From: Geosiphon pyriformis uo1
Lineage: Eukaryota > Fungi > Glomeromycota
NCBI GenBank assembly: GCA_016748015.1
Contig: JAAOMT010000777.1
Span: 442,246-506,245 of the forward strand
Direction of reading: 5' to 3'
Length of the DNA stretch: 64,000 bases
The notes under the pieces are model-generated. The model was not told where the DNA came from. It made no database searches and saw only the letters and a program-made list of their open reading frames with translations. Made by a program: the position numbers and the translations under genes. This document shows, piece by piece, positions 38,897 through 52,800 of the stretch (position 1 is its first letter; each line of letters opens with the position of its first letter).

Positions 38897-40760
38897 ATGT
38901 ATATATAGCAGTAGTATCAGAAGTTAGAAAATCAATCAATAGGACTCAAAGTCAATTGATTCACAGAGTCAATTAGACTCACAGAATCAATTAGACTCAC
39001 AAATCATAATTATTAAAAATACAAAAAAAAGAATTCTTTAGTTAGAGACCTCTCAGTTTAGATTTGATTTAAGCAATCTTCTATTCACAAATATTAAATA
39101 AATAATTATTCACTATTTCAATCCATTCTCCACTATCAACATTTCATGTTGATAGCAATTAATACTTAAAAACACTAGAACAATAGCTTTTGATCATGGC
39201 TATTGACAGAATACTAACTTGCAATTGCTTTTGTTTATTTCTTTACCTTTTTCTTTATTGTTTTTATTTTCTTTCTTGTTTTGATTTTATTGTTGTTTAC
39301 TAATTGATTGAGGATTAAAGCACTGAATTATTGACATTACAGATAGCCTGGTAAAAGACCCAGAAATAAGGGTAAGAATATATATATTAACGGATAGCTT
39401 ACTAGAAAGACACAACTGCCAGATTAAACTGGCCACCACGCTAAAAACAGAAATTGAGAAAACAACTCACCAACCATATCGTCATTAAATTTTTGTCTAT
39501 TATACAAAAAACTCAACTCTAAAACCTTCAAATACAACCAATGTACCAGTATTACCAGCATTATTAAGATATTGAGCACCAAGTTACAGATTTGTTATTT
39601 GATTTGAGACCTCAAATAATCATCTGTAACAATGTAGAAGTACTTTGTTTCCAATCTTAAATTCAACTGGTTTCTCTGATAGTTGGTTATCATGTCTTTT
39701 TTTTTGTTTTTCTTGTAACTTTTAAATATTATTAGCTGTTCTTCTCTATGTGTTTTCTAATGTCTCCATTAAGTTATATGTTTTTTTCAACAATGTTCTT
39801 TGAAAATTTTCTTCTGTTATTGATTCTGTTAAATATGTCTTGACTTCTATCTTAACTGGTAATGTTGCTGTTCTACTGTATACTAATTCGAATGATGTTG
39901 TTTATGTAGTGTCTTGCTTCATTGTCTGATAAGCAAATAACACCAATGATATAATCAAATCTCATTTATTCTGGTTTTTTTAGCTGATTTTGGCAATGGT
40001 TTCACACAATATTCTGTTGAACCTCTTAACTAACCTATTTGTTTGTGAATGGTATGATGATAATAATGGTCTTTTTATCTCAAATCTTTGACTTAATTCT
40101 GCTAGTGTTTTCTTCACAAAGTGAGTTCCTTAATCTGATAGTAGTTCTTTTGGACATCTGTGTTGACAAATCAAATCTTGATAAACAAATTTGGCAATGG
40201 ATTCTGCATCTGCTCTTTGAATTGCTTTTGCTTCTGGCCATTTTGTGAAATAATTCATGGCTACTGCAATATATCTGTTGCCTCTGCTGGTTATTGTTAA
40301 TGATCCAACTAAGTTAATTCTAATATGATTAAATGGTTGTTTCACTTTGATTGGTCTCAATGGTTCACTGGGTTTTATTCTACCTCTTCTTTAACAAGCA
40401 TTACAATTTTGAACATATTGAATAATGTCTGAATATATTGATGGCCAATAGTATTTTTTTCTGGTTTTTTCCATGGTTGCTTCTTTGTAAAAATGTCCTG
40501 CTGTTGAATCTAAGTGATGTTAAATAATATTGTTTCTTTTTTCAGTTCTGTGATTACTCTAGTTAGTTGATCTGGATTCTTTCTGTTTTTTTGGTAAAGT
40601 ATATTTTGGTAATTAATAAAATATTTTGATTGTTGTTTTATGTTGTTTTGTTCTTTTTAAAATAATTTCTTCTTGAACAATTAGGTATTTATATAATGTT
40701 GAAGTTGTTGGTATTTTTGGATATTCATGTTTTGTTATATTTTTGGATTGAAATGTTTTT

Positions 40761-43700
40761 TTAGATTTGTCTCATTTATAACAAACCATCAACATTTCTA
40801 TTGTCTTTTCCCTTTTTATAATGTATTATAAATGTATATAATGATAGTGCTATTTTCCATCTTGCATGGTAATCATCTCCAAATTCTTGCTTCTGGATTG
40901 AAGTCAATTCTTTGTAATCAGTATATACATCAAACTTTTGACTTAAGTATTTTTTCCATTTAATAACAGTCTAATAGATAGCTAAGTGTTCCAGTGCTAG
41001 AGTTCTATAGTTTTTTTCAGCTGAATTTAAGCTTCTACTGGTATAAGCTATTGAATGTTTTCTTCTATTTGGTCTTCTCTGTAATAGTACTGCTCCTAAT
41101 GCTTGGCCTGATGTATCAGTGGTAATAATAAATGGTTTGCTGTGATTTGGATACATCAACACTGGATCTTGAATAAACTTTCTTCTCAGTGTGTCAAATG
41201 CTTCTTGTTGAGCTTCTGTCCATTTATACTTTATATTCTTAGTTTGTAAATGATGAAATGGCTGGGCCAGTTTAGAAAAGTTCTTAATAAAATGGCAATA
41301 ATATTCTGCAAATCCCATAAATGTTCTTAGTTTTGTCAAGTTGGTTGATACTGGAAAGTTTTTTACTATTGCAATCTTATATAAATTCATTTTGATACTG
41401 TTTTTGCTTACAACATGTTCCAAAAACTTGAGTTCTGTTTTTCCAAAGAAGTATTTGTTGGCATTTAGTTTCAATCCTGCTCATTTAAGTCTTTCAAATA
41501 CTTGTTGGAAATGATACAAATGATCATCAAATGTTTTTGAGAACACATTGGTGTTATCCAAATATACAACTACTGATTTCCATAATAGTCTAGTATAGAC
41601 AATTTTCATAAGTTTCTGAAACATAGCTGGAGCATTCATTAAGTCAAATGGCATAACTTCGAATTCAAAATTCTCTTCTTATGTTATAAAAGCTGTTTTT
41701 TCTTTATCTTCTGGCTTTATGACTACTTGCCAGTAACCACTGTCTAAGTTCAAAGTTGAAAACCATTTTTTTCCTCCAAAAGCATCAAACAGTTTTTGGA
41801 TCTTTGGAGTCAGGTAGCTATCATCTTTGGTTATTCCATTCAGTTTTCAATAATCCACACAAAAATGGATCTTTCTATTCTTCTTTCAGACTAGTACCAT
41901 TGGTAATGACTATGGGCTTATTGATGATTGAATTAACCTGTTGTTAAGCATCCGATTAATTTCTTGATGAATGATTTCATGGCTGGCTGGTGATACTCTG
42001 TATGCTCTTTGTTTAATTGGCATCACATCTCCAGTTTTAATTTGATGTTAGATAATGTCAGTTCTGCCAAATTTATTTTCACTGGCAAAGATATCATTGA
42101 AATTGTTAAGTAACATCTTGAGCTGCATACATTGTAGTGGGTCTAGATTTCCCAAGTTCATCTGTTTCAATTGTTCTGGTTAGAGCAGATAGCATTTTTC
42201 TCATCCATATATTGTTTGTGATGTAATATCCACATATCTACACAATTGTGGAAAATCTGGAATAGTATCTGGTAGTTGATCTTCAATTTTGGTGGTTAAA
42301 TGTCCAATGGTAGTTTCTTTTGGTATCTTGATAATATTTTCTATGTTGTTGTAAATAGAAATTTTAATGTGATTGTGGTTTTTAGCTGGTATATGTAAAT
42401 TGACTAATCCAATTTTTTTTGATTCACAAAGTGTTGCTTCTGTCTCAAAAATCTGAACCTGATCCTTTATTTTTCTTTCTATGACTACTATGTACTGGTC
42501 ATATGGTGGAATAGAAATTGGTTGATGAGTGGAGATAATTTCTCTCTTGTCAACAATTTCTTCCTTTGCCATATTAACTGGTATATCTATTTTATCCATT
42601 GATTCAAAACTCTGTATCTCTCTAGCTGTAATCCCTAATTCTTTCCTGTTTTCTATTGAGATTAGTTAAGCTATTTTAACCAGAGGCAGGAATATTGTCT
42701 GTGCTATCTTTTTATTTGGCTTTATAATATAGGCTTTTTCTGAGTCATTTTGTAGCATAGCAATGATATTTCTTACATATCCTGCATCAATTATTCTTTC
42801 CTTGATATTGATTCCTTTTTTTGCTAAGCTATTCCTAGATGCTAGTTGAACCATTGTTGTTGCAGAGATTTCTAATGTTATTTTGAGATCAATGCATGTA
42901 CGTGAATATGGTTCTAATTTGATGGTCTTTTTCTCTAAATATCTCATATCAAACTTTACATCTGTATCATGCATATGTTTTGGCATGAGACCTTTATTGT
43001 TGTTACTATACCATTTAAGTTCTTGCTTTTTGGAAAGATTAGGAAGTACAATATATGTTTCGGGGTTTGAATTGGAGTCCAAATCACTATTATTTTCTTT
43101 GCCATATTGAGCAGAGCTGGAACCATTGTTTTTGTTATCATCATTGTCAGAGTTTGAATCAGAATTGAGAATTGATTCCAATTCTGATGTGCAGCTATTG
43201 ATTGGTTCTTTTTCCTCTGGTATTGTGTAAATCATACATGGTAGAGGATTGTAAATGAGGTCACACTCATTACAATATTGAAAGTCACATGGAATTAGGC
43301 AGTGTTGACACAGTCGAGTGTTCAGCTGTTCTAAGCATTGCTCTTGCTCTTCCCTTGTGAGCACTAACTTTTGGTAGTGTTGGTGAAATTGTTATGGATC
43401 CAGAAGGTTTATAACTGGTTCTGGGTCCCAGTTAAGCTCTATGGATTCAAATGAGTTATTTTTGATTGTTCTTATTTCTTCTAGTGACACTCCTTCGATT
43501 TTGGCGAGAGCCATTCACCAAATTTCATCATTATTGTGTGGACAGCCATCCAGATGTTGAACTGTTTGTCTTCAAGCAGTGTCTATGGGTGTTCTCTTTC
43601 TTACCCAGTTGCTTATGAGAATTGTGTACTAACATAATTTGTCGTACATTCTTCCTTTTCCAGGAATGTTGTTCTATATTCCTTCATTGAGAAAAGTTTC

Positions 43701-45946
43701 TCCACAAGCCAAGCATAGCTTATTATCCTATTTTCCAACTTGTTTTGGTCTTCCAAAGTGGTCAATAAGACATGAACAGCAATAGAACTTAGTTGCCATC
43801 TGGTATTCCTTATTGTTATTACAGCATGTGCCCATTAATAACAACTTCTTGCCACAATTGACGCATACTAGTTTTAGATGGCGATAGTTAGATGATTGTG
43901 GTGGAGTATATGTGTATGAGGTATAAATGACAGTAGTAATTAGTATTAGTTCTTTTTCTTTCCTTTTTTTTTTTCCTTTTGTATTTTCTTCTTACTTCCA
44001 ATTTATTAGCTCTTTTTGGTTGTTGTTGGTTCCCCAAGCTGGGTCAGAATTCCAGATAGGTTCTTTTTTTTTCTTTCCTTTCTCATTGTCATTCCACAAA
44101 AGTATCAGTGGTAACTTGTTGTGGTCTTTATTGGCCCAAAAAACTTGGTAGGCTTCTCAGATAGGTTTCTTCTCTTTTTTCTCAAACTTGATAAGTGGTG
44201 CTGTTGTGTTGGTGGTTTTAAAATGGCCACATATGATTGGTACACATGTGTGTTGACCATTTTGGCTGAGTTAGAGCTCTTGTGTGTTTCAATCAAGCAT
44301 CACATTAGTTTTGAACAGCCAATTGTTATCAACAAGTGCTTGGTATTGAGTTGCTTCCATGACCAATACTTTGATTGGCATAATAATGCTGTTGACTTCT
44401 ATAGGTAGGTTATCTATTTCATCAATTGAAGTCTTAGTGGCTCCATCAGCTGTAATTATCCTTGTACTGGCAGCTCAATCAACTCAGCAACCTAATTGGT
44501 CCATAAGCTGTCTTGTGATGATGCTGTCAGCTGATTCATTATCTAGGATCAGTTTGATATAATAACCATCAACTTTGGCATTAGTGTACATCACCGTAAT
44601 GAGTTTTTCCTCAAGAGTGGCTCTACTAAACAAAGATGTTTCAGATGATTCTTTAATTTCAAAGAGGAATATAGCTGTGAGTAACTCGTCTTTCATAACA
44701 GTGGCTGGTAGAATGTTGCTGGTAAGTGTTGATTATTGGTTGGTTTCTGGGTTATTGGGTTGGGCATCTTTTGGGGTAACCAGAAGACTTAAATAGTGTT
44801 GGGAATTCAGATTTTGGGTGTGCCCAGTTCCTAAATTCTGAGAATGTAATCCTGTTGGTTGGTGGAAGGAGCTGGAAATTGGTTGGTGAACAACTATTGC
44901 TGATCTCCAATTTTGAGTGACTCTTGATCTAGGATTTTCTGATGTTATCTGAGCTGGATTTAATGAAAGTGTTTGAACTACAGGTGTTTAATAAATTATT
45001 TGTGGCTGTGGTAGTTGATATATTACTTGTGGCAGTAATTGATAAATTGATAATTGATATCTGTGTAGTTAATATATTGGCTGCTGCATCATTGGCAGAT
45101 AAGTAAACTGATGTTGGTTTTGATTTAAGTAATAATTCAGAATATGAATGCTGTGATCAGGGTTTCGATATTAATTTCCCAATTGTAGGTTACTATAAAA
45201 ATAGCAGTTAGCTCGAATATGATTTTGTTTACCACAGTGGTGGCAGACATGTGTTTCTGGCTGCCACAGCTGATTGGATGATGATGATGGACATGACTGA
45301 TTTTGGAAACAATTTGCATTTTCTGAATTATTGGGTCATTGTAATAGTTGATAAATTGTGCAATTGTCAGCTAAGTATTCCTCAATTTTCTGATTGATCA
45401 AATTACAGAATTGCTTTAGTTTGGAATTCAAGTCAGATAATCCATTTATTACTAGATTTACAGCTTGGGCATGATTAGCTTCTAATTCAGCTGATTCAAA
45501 ATCTCTAGTGTGTGTAACTGCATCTTGTAAGTTGACTAAATGTAGTGGCCATATGTGTTACAGAATGGTACTGTGTAATCTGTGAATAAACTGATTCAAG
45601 ATCTGGGTTACAGTGAAATAATTGACATCAATGATTTGTATTTGGTGCAAATTTTGATGAAAACCTCCCAAGTAAATGGTGACTGCTTTAGTATCTCTCT
45701 GTTTAATGATGGTGAAGATATTTGCTAAATGATTAATACTATTATTATTGCTGAAGTATTGTAAGAATACAAGCTTAAATGCATTGAAATCCTGATGTTT
45801 GTTGGCTAAGCTTTAATACTATGAATCAGCAGTATCCTGAAAAAAATAAGAGATGGCTTATATGGCTCTGGCATTGTTCCATCTATTGGCTGTAATGGCT
45901 TTTTTCACATTGTTTAGCCATACTTGTGCATCATTTTTTTTGTCAG
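40761..45946 (-). pseudogene. Gag-PR-Cys-rich-dUTPase-RT-RNaseH of family C host (3' portion)
   Basis: CHHCGKQNHIRANC, LILDNESADS, HDTDxxFD..IIDAGY, STLNLDSGYWQV, VYLD and TDTSGQALGAVL. Confidence 0.92.
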
Positions 45947-46783
45947 TGTTACTCATAGAATATAGAAAATATAGTATTATTAGTCAGTAAATATTAGCCA
46001 ATAGAATGTAGACGTAGTAAATGTGGAATTCCAAGATTCCTCTCAAAGAAATTGCAGAATTCCAGGAATTTCAGAATTCTCCGACAAGGAATCACAGGAT
46101 TTCAGTTGCAAGGAATTGAGGAATTAAGGAATCTTAAATATGTATATATAGCAATAATATTAGAAACAGAAAAGACAGAATTGACACCAAGAATTCTTAG
46201 CCTAGTTACCACAATCCTCAAATAAAATAATTATTCATTATATTAAATTCCTTCCTCACTATCAACACTTCATGTTGATAGTAACTGATACTTAACCATA
46301 TTGGAACAATAGCTCTTGATCATGGCTATTGATGGGATACGAATCAGAATTGCCTTGGTTTATTTGCTTTATTTCATATTCTTTGCTTTTTTTCTTTTCT
46401 TTTCTTTTCTTTTCTTTTCTTTTCTATCTTTGTTTTGTTGTTGTATACTAATTAATTAAGAATTAAAAGCACTGAGTTATTGACATCACGGATAGTCTGG
46501 TAAAAGACCTAGAAATAAGAGTAGAATTTTATATATTATTGGATAGCTTACCAGAAAAGCACGACTACCAGAATAAATCCAGCCTCCACGCTGAGAAAAA
46601 AATTGGACGGAATTGTGATTCTGAAGACTATTACAATTACAATTGAATCTCTGTTCATTATACAAAGAACTCAACCCAAACCTTCAGATTACCAATACCA
46701 ACATCAACAGAAATCAATAGCTTTTGAGCACCAAGTTATGGGTTTGTTATTTATTCTCACACCAAAAATAATCACCTGTAATA
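45947..46783 (+). repeat. 5' LTR
   Basis: Direct repeat of 55184-56077. Contains GGAATTCC-type repeats and a TATATATA box at 46143-46150. Confidence 0.95.
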
Positions 46784-46842
46784 TTTAATGCTTCTTGTGA
46801 GGTATAATCCTACAGAGAACTAGCACCAACAATCAACTAAAA

Positions 46843-49800
46843 GTGGCAGAATCAGAAAATATAGGAGCAAACCATTTAGGATTTGTGAAATCCTTGTTTC
46901 AACAATACAGCCAACAATTAGGATTAAACAGTAATCATTACCCAGCCGAATCAGCCTTCAACTTCTACGTCAATAACAAAATCACTGAATGCTTAGGAGG
47001 AACAGTTAACATTGAAGCAGCAAGAGAAAACTTTTACACAGAATTATTTCAACACACCAACTTACCAAGAAATCACAGTTTCGCCCCAATCATCAGGGAA
47101 ATTAATCAAATCATTGAAAAATACATGCAACAACAATTTCCTATTACTTACGCAGACAAAGGTAAAGGAAAGTTACAAACACCAGCAGTAATGCCTAAAG
47201 AAATACAACTACCAACCTGGAAAAAACAAAGAATTGAATCTCCACCATATCTATTATATCATCACACATCCGAAAGTACTATCAATATTACATTAGCAGG
47301 TGTGTTCACACCAAACGCAACATTGACATTTGGACAATTCCCATTCCAAAGTAAACAAAGAAAAGCGGAGTTATTAGGACCATATGGTGAATATTTCGAG
47401 GGGTTTAAATCGAGATTACCAACACCATCAAGATTTCAATCACTGCCTTATCAGCCAGATTTCGGAACCGTCAGTCTCTGGGAAATTACTGAATCAGAAG
47501 AAGAAGACAAGGATTAAGAATTTAATTACCAAAAACTAATCTCAGAAAACCCGAACATTCAAACTCAGCAACATTTAGAAAATCCAGAAATTGAAACTCC
47601 AAATATTCAAACCCCACCAAATCAAAGAAATCAAAACCCTGATTTAATTCATCAGCAAAACCTACCTCCAGTTATCATTATCAATCAACCACCAATTGAG
47701 CTGATTGGTGAGCCAATTCAACCACCTCAAGTACCACCTCAACAACTGTTACCTCTTCAACAACTTCAGCAACAGCCATTTCAACAGCCCCAGCAATCTA
47801 TAGTACTGATGGTCTATGCACCAATCGCCAAATTAGAAAAATTCACTGGTGAAAAAAATGATGCTCAAGCTTGGTTGAATGACATTGCCAAAGCAATCAT
47901 GGCAAACAATTGGAATGACAACAGAGCTTTTCAGGCAATCTCATATTTTCTCCAAAATACCGTAAATTTGTGGTATCAAAGCTTAGCTGCAAAACCTCAA
48001 ACATTTGATGCATTTAAGCAGGAGTTCCTAAGATATTTCAGTAATAATAACTGTATCAACTATTTGGTAAATACTTTTATTACCATTAAACAAAGGGACA
48101 CTGAAGCCATTACCATGTACTTGGGACAATTCCATAGATGCCTGCACCAGATCCAAGCTATCAACACTGATTATTTCACAGTGGCCCAAATTTTGAATCA
48201 ATTTATCAGAGGCTTATGCAGTAGTATTCTCCAGTGCGTACATTTACTACACTCAGTAGATTTACAAACAGCCATCACTAATGCCAGAGATTTTGAAGCA
48301 GCCGAACTCAAAGCTAACCATGCCCAAGCCATTAATCTAGTAATGAATAGATCATCTGAATTGGATTCTAGATTAAAACAATTCAGTGATTCCATCAATC
48401 AAAAATTAGAGAGATACTTAGCTAACAACTGAGCAATCTATCAACTGCCACAATAACACAACAATCAGGAAAACTTCAATTGCATCCAAAATCAACCACA
48501 TCCATCATTTCTGGCCAATCAACAGTGGCAACAAAAAATGCATGTTTGCCACTATTGTGGTAGACAAGGACACATACAAAACAATTGCTGCCAGCATTTA
48601 AATAACCAATGATTGAGAAATCAATATTGAAACCCCAATTGCCGGTTCCCAGCTCCGAATTCTTAGCAACATCAAGAACAATACCAACACTTATCTCATT
48701 ATGCACCAATAATGTAGCAATCAATATATCAATCACCAGTATATCAGGCTCCAATTTATCAACTGCAGTCACAAGTAATTTATTAACAACTGCAGCCGCA
48801 AATAATATATCAACCCCAACAAATTCAAACACTGCCCCAAAACTTACCACCCAACAGAACACAAAGACCAAGAATGACTCAACAGAGCTGAAGATCAGTG
48901 ATGGTGGTCTATCAACAGATCTCCAGTTTTTCACAACAACCATTTGGATTACGCCAATGGAATTTGGATACTGGTCAACCCCAGAACCCGAATTTTCAGA
49001 ACTATTTAAGTTTCCTGGTCACCCTAGAAGATGCTTCAGCCAATAACCCAGCATTTACTTAAAAACAACCACTCACCAGTAATATCCCACCTGCTACCAT
49101 TACCAAAGACAAGTCCTTGGCTGCTATCTTTCCATTCAAATTCGAGGAAACAACTGCAATGCCATTATTTAATGGAGCCACTCTTGAAGCCAAACCAATT
49201 ACCATGATGTACACTAATGCTAAAGTCAAGGGACAATCCATCAAATTGATCTTTGACAGCAGTTCAGCAGACAGCATCATCACACAACAACTTATGGATT
49301 AATTAGGTCGCCGAGTTAATCAAGCTGCCAGCGCCAGAATCATCACAGCCAATGGAGTGACCAAAACTCCAATCAGTAAAATCAACAACTTCTCTTTCAA
49401 AGTCAATGACATCGTAACTCCCATTAAAGTTTTAGTGATGGAAGCCACTCAATACCAAGCTTTTGTTGGTAATAACTGGCTATCCAAAGTCAATGCAACG
49501 TTAGATTGGAACACTCAGGAACTCCAGCTAACATATTAGGACCAACACATATATGTACTGGCTACGTGTGGTCACTTTAAGACTCCTCCAAAAGAGAAAC
49601 TATTAATTGAACTGGAAGAAGAGAAAAAGAAACCTATCTGGGAAGCTTACCAAGTCTTCTGGGCCAATGCTGACCACAATGAACTACCACCCATACTATC
49701 ATGAGACAACAAGAGAAAGAAGAAAGAAGAAAAACTTACCTGGAAGCCAAACCTAGGAGCATGGAGTAAAGACAACTTAAGCAAACCAACCACCAAGTAA

Positions 49801-52800
49801 ACCTGGGAAGAAAAAAGAAAAGAGAAAGAAAAGGAAGATGACCAATCACCAAGCATCTATTCAGTTCATACTCCATATTCTACACCACAGCAACCAAGAT
49901 ACTGTTGACCCAAACTAGTATGTGTCAGTTGTGGCAAAAAACTGTCAACAATGAATACATGCTGTAGTAAGGACGAAGAATAGACAACAGCAACCAAGTA
50001 CTACTGTTGCCCATGTGTCCTTGAACATGATAGATGGCTGCCAAAAGTAGGAAAATGGGACAGTACTTTGTGTTTAGCTTGTGGAGATACTCTCTTAGAT
50101 GAAGGGATATGGAAAGACATTCCTGGAAGAAAAAGAGCATGTGACAAGACATGCCAATACACAATCCTAATCAATAACTGGATATGAAAGGGAACTTCTA
50201 TTGACAATGCCTGGAAACAAGCATTAAAACACCTGAAAAAATACCCATATGACAAAGATGAAATCTGGAGAATGACATATGCTATGTCAGAAAGTGCTAC
50301 AACAGAGGAGCTAAGAAAAATTAAAAACAACCCACTATTCCTACCTGAGCCTAAATATGTCCAAACTTTTGATGCCTTTAGCAACATCGAAGATGATCCA
50401 GAGAAATTCCATGAGCACTACCAACGATTAGCACCCACGAGAGAGAAACAAGAGCAATGCTTGGAAGAGATAAACACCCGACTATGTAACCACTGTTTGA
50501 TCTTATGTGACTTCCAGTATTGTGATGAGTATGACCTCATCTACAATCCACCACCACACATGATCTACATGATCCCAGAAAAAGAAAAACCAATCAGCAG
50601 CTGCGCATCAGAATCAAAATTACTGATCAATTGTACTTCAAACTCTAACGACAATGATAATAACAATGGTTTGAGCTCCAGTCAAGATGGCAATGACAAC
50701 GACAATGGTATAAACTCAGATTCAAACTCCAATTCAGACTCTGAACAATATATCACACTCTTTGACCTTACCAAAGACCAAGAACTTAAATGGTTTAGTG
50801 ATAATGACAAAGGTATCATGCCAGAATGAGTGCATGATACTGATGCAGAGTTTGATCTGAAGTATCCAGGAAAAGATGCCATCAAATTGGAACCACATTC
50901 ATGCATCTGCCTTGATTTGAAAATAGTGCTGGAAATTCTGGCAACAACAATGGTTCAATTAGCATCTAGGAGTAATTTAGCGAAAAAAGGGATTAATATA
51001 AGAGAAGGAATAATTGACATGGGATATGTAAGAAATATCATTGCTATGCTACAAAATGACTCAGAAAAAGCCTATATAATAAAGCCCAACAAAAAGATAG
51101 CACAGGCAATATTTCTGCCTCTGGTTAGAGTAGCTCAGTTAGTATCAGTGGAAAAAAGAGAGGAATTAGGAATAACAGTGAGAGGAATACAGGGATTTGG
51201 ATCAACAGGTAGAATAGATGTGCCAGTCAACATGGCAGAAGAAAAAATTATTGGCCAAGGAAAAATTATCTCAACCAGTTAAGCAATTTCCATTCCACCA
51301 TATGACCAGTACATAATAACAATAGAGAGAGAGGTAAAAGACCAAGCACAAATTTTTGAAGCAGAAGCAAGTCTTTGTGAATCAAGAGAAGTTGGACTCA
51401 TCAATCTCCACATACCAGCCAAGAATTATAACCACATCAAAATTCCCATCTACAACAACACCAGAAATGTTGTCAATATACCAGAAAGAACCATCATCAG
51501 ATATTTGATCACAGAAATAGAGGATCAACTACCAAGCACCATTCCAAACTTTCTACAGCTTTGTAAATATGTCAATATCACATCACAAATAATATATGGA
51601 TGAAGCAAATGTTATTTGCTCCAACCAAAACAGTTAGAACAAATAAACATGGGAAACTTAAATCCACTCCAATATATGCAACTTAAGATGTTGCTCAACA
51701 ATTTCAACAACATCTTTGCCAGTGAAAATGAGTTTGGCTGAACTGACATCATTCAGCATCAGATCAAGACTGGAGATGCAATGCCAATTAAATAAAGAGC
51801 ATACAGAGTACCACCAACTAGTCACAAGATCATTCATCAAGAGATAAACCAAATGCTTGACAATGAACTAATTTAGCCATCAATGAGCCCATGGTCATTA
51901 CCAGTGGTACTTGTTCAGAAAAAAAATAGGAAAATCCACTTTTGTGTGGATTATAAAAAACTCAATGGAGTAATTCATGGAAATAGCTACTTCACTCCAT
52001 GGATTCAAAAATTATTCAATGCTTTTGGTGGAAACAAATGGTTTTCAATATTAGACCTGGACAGTAGTTACTGGCAAGTAGCCATGGATCCAGCTGACAA
52101 AGAGAAAACAGTATTCACCACAAGGGAAGGGAATTTCGAATTTGAAGTAATGCCATTCAGCTTAACCAATGCCTCAGCAACTTTCCAACAGCTAATGGAA
52201 ATCGTTTATACTGGCTTATTGTGAAAATCAGTAGTTGTATACTTGGACGACACCAATGTATTCTCAAAAACATTTGATAATCATCTTTATCATCTTCAAC
52301 AAGTGTTCAAAAGACTAAGAAAAGCAGGACTAAAGTTAAATACAACAAAGTGCTTTTTTGGCAAGACAGAACTAAAATTCTTGAGACACATAGTCAGCAA
52401 AAATGGCATCAAAACGGATTCAGAGAAAATAGAGATAATAAAGAACTCTCTAGTGCTAACCAATATAACAGAGCTGAAATCATTCTTGGGATTTGCCAGC
52501 TACTATCGGTGTTTTATTAAGAACTTTTCCAAGATAGCGCAGCCACTCAACCAACTGCAAACCAAGAATACAAAATATGAATGGACAGAAAATCAACAAG
52601 AAGCTTTTGATATTCTGAAAAGAAAACTCATTCAAGCTCCAATACTGATCTATCCAGATCACAGCAAACCATTCATTATCACCACTAATGCATCTGGCCA
52701 AGCATTGGGAGCAGTATTATTTCAGAGAGGGCCAGACAGCAGAGAACATCCAGTAGCATATGTCAGCAGAGGTTTAATGCCAGCCAAAAAGAACTATGGA

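Larger units (their letters stand above)
35726..39631 (+). mobile_element. Non-autonomous, internally deleted family C LTR element (LTRs 35726-36500 and 37671-39631)
   Basis: TSD ATGT (35722-35725 and 39632-39635), PBS 36503-36518, PPT AAAGGAGGGAATAA at 37657-37670, and only ~1.2 kb of internal sequence. Confidence 0.93.
35437..40728 (-). pseudogene. Stand-alone integrase ORF of family C host, split by the insertion at 35726-39631
   Basis: ATG at 40728 (MNIQKYQQL), KKYYWP, YFTKWPEAKAI, LLSD, QTNRLV and KWDGLF. Confidence 0.88.

Noticed and set aside
46385-46425. (TTTTC)n microsatellite
   Set aside because: A slippage expansion of the pyrimidine tract present in all C LTRs; no independent significance.
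46603-46788. Protein-coding ORF inside family C LTRs
   Set aside because: The two LTRs of the same element differ by a frame-breaking 14-bp duplication, and the ORF start varies between copies.
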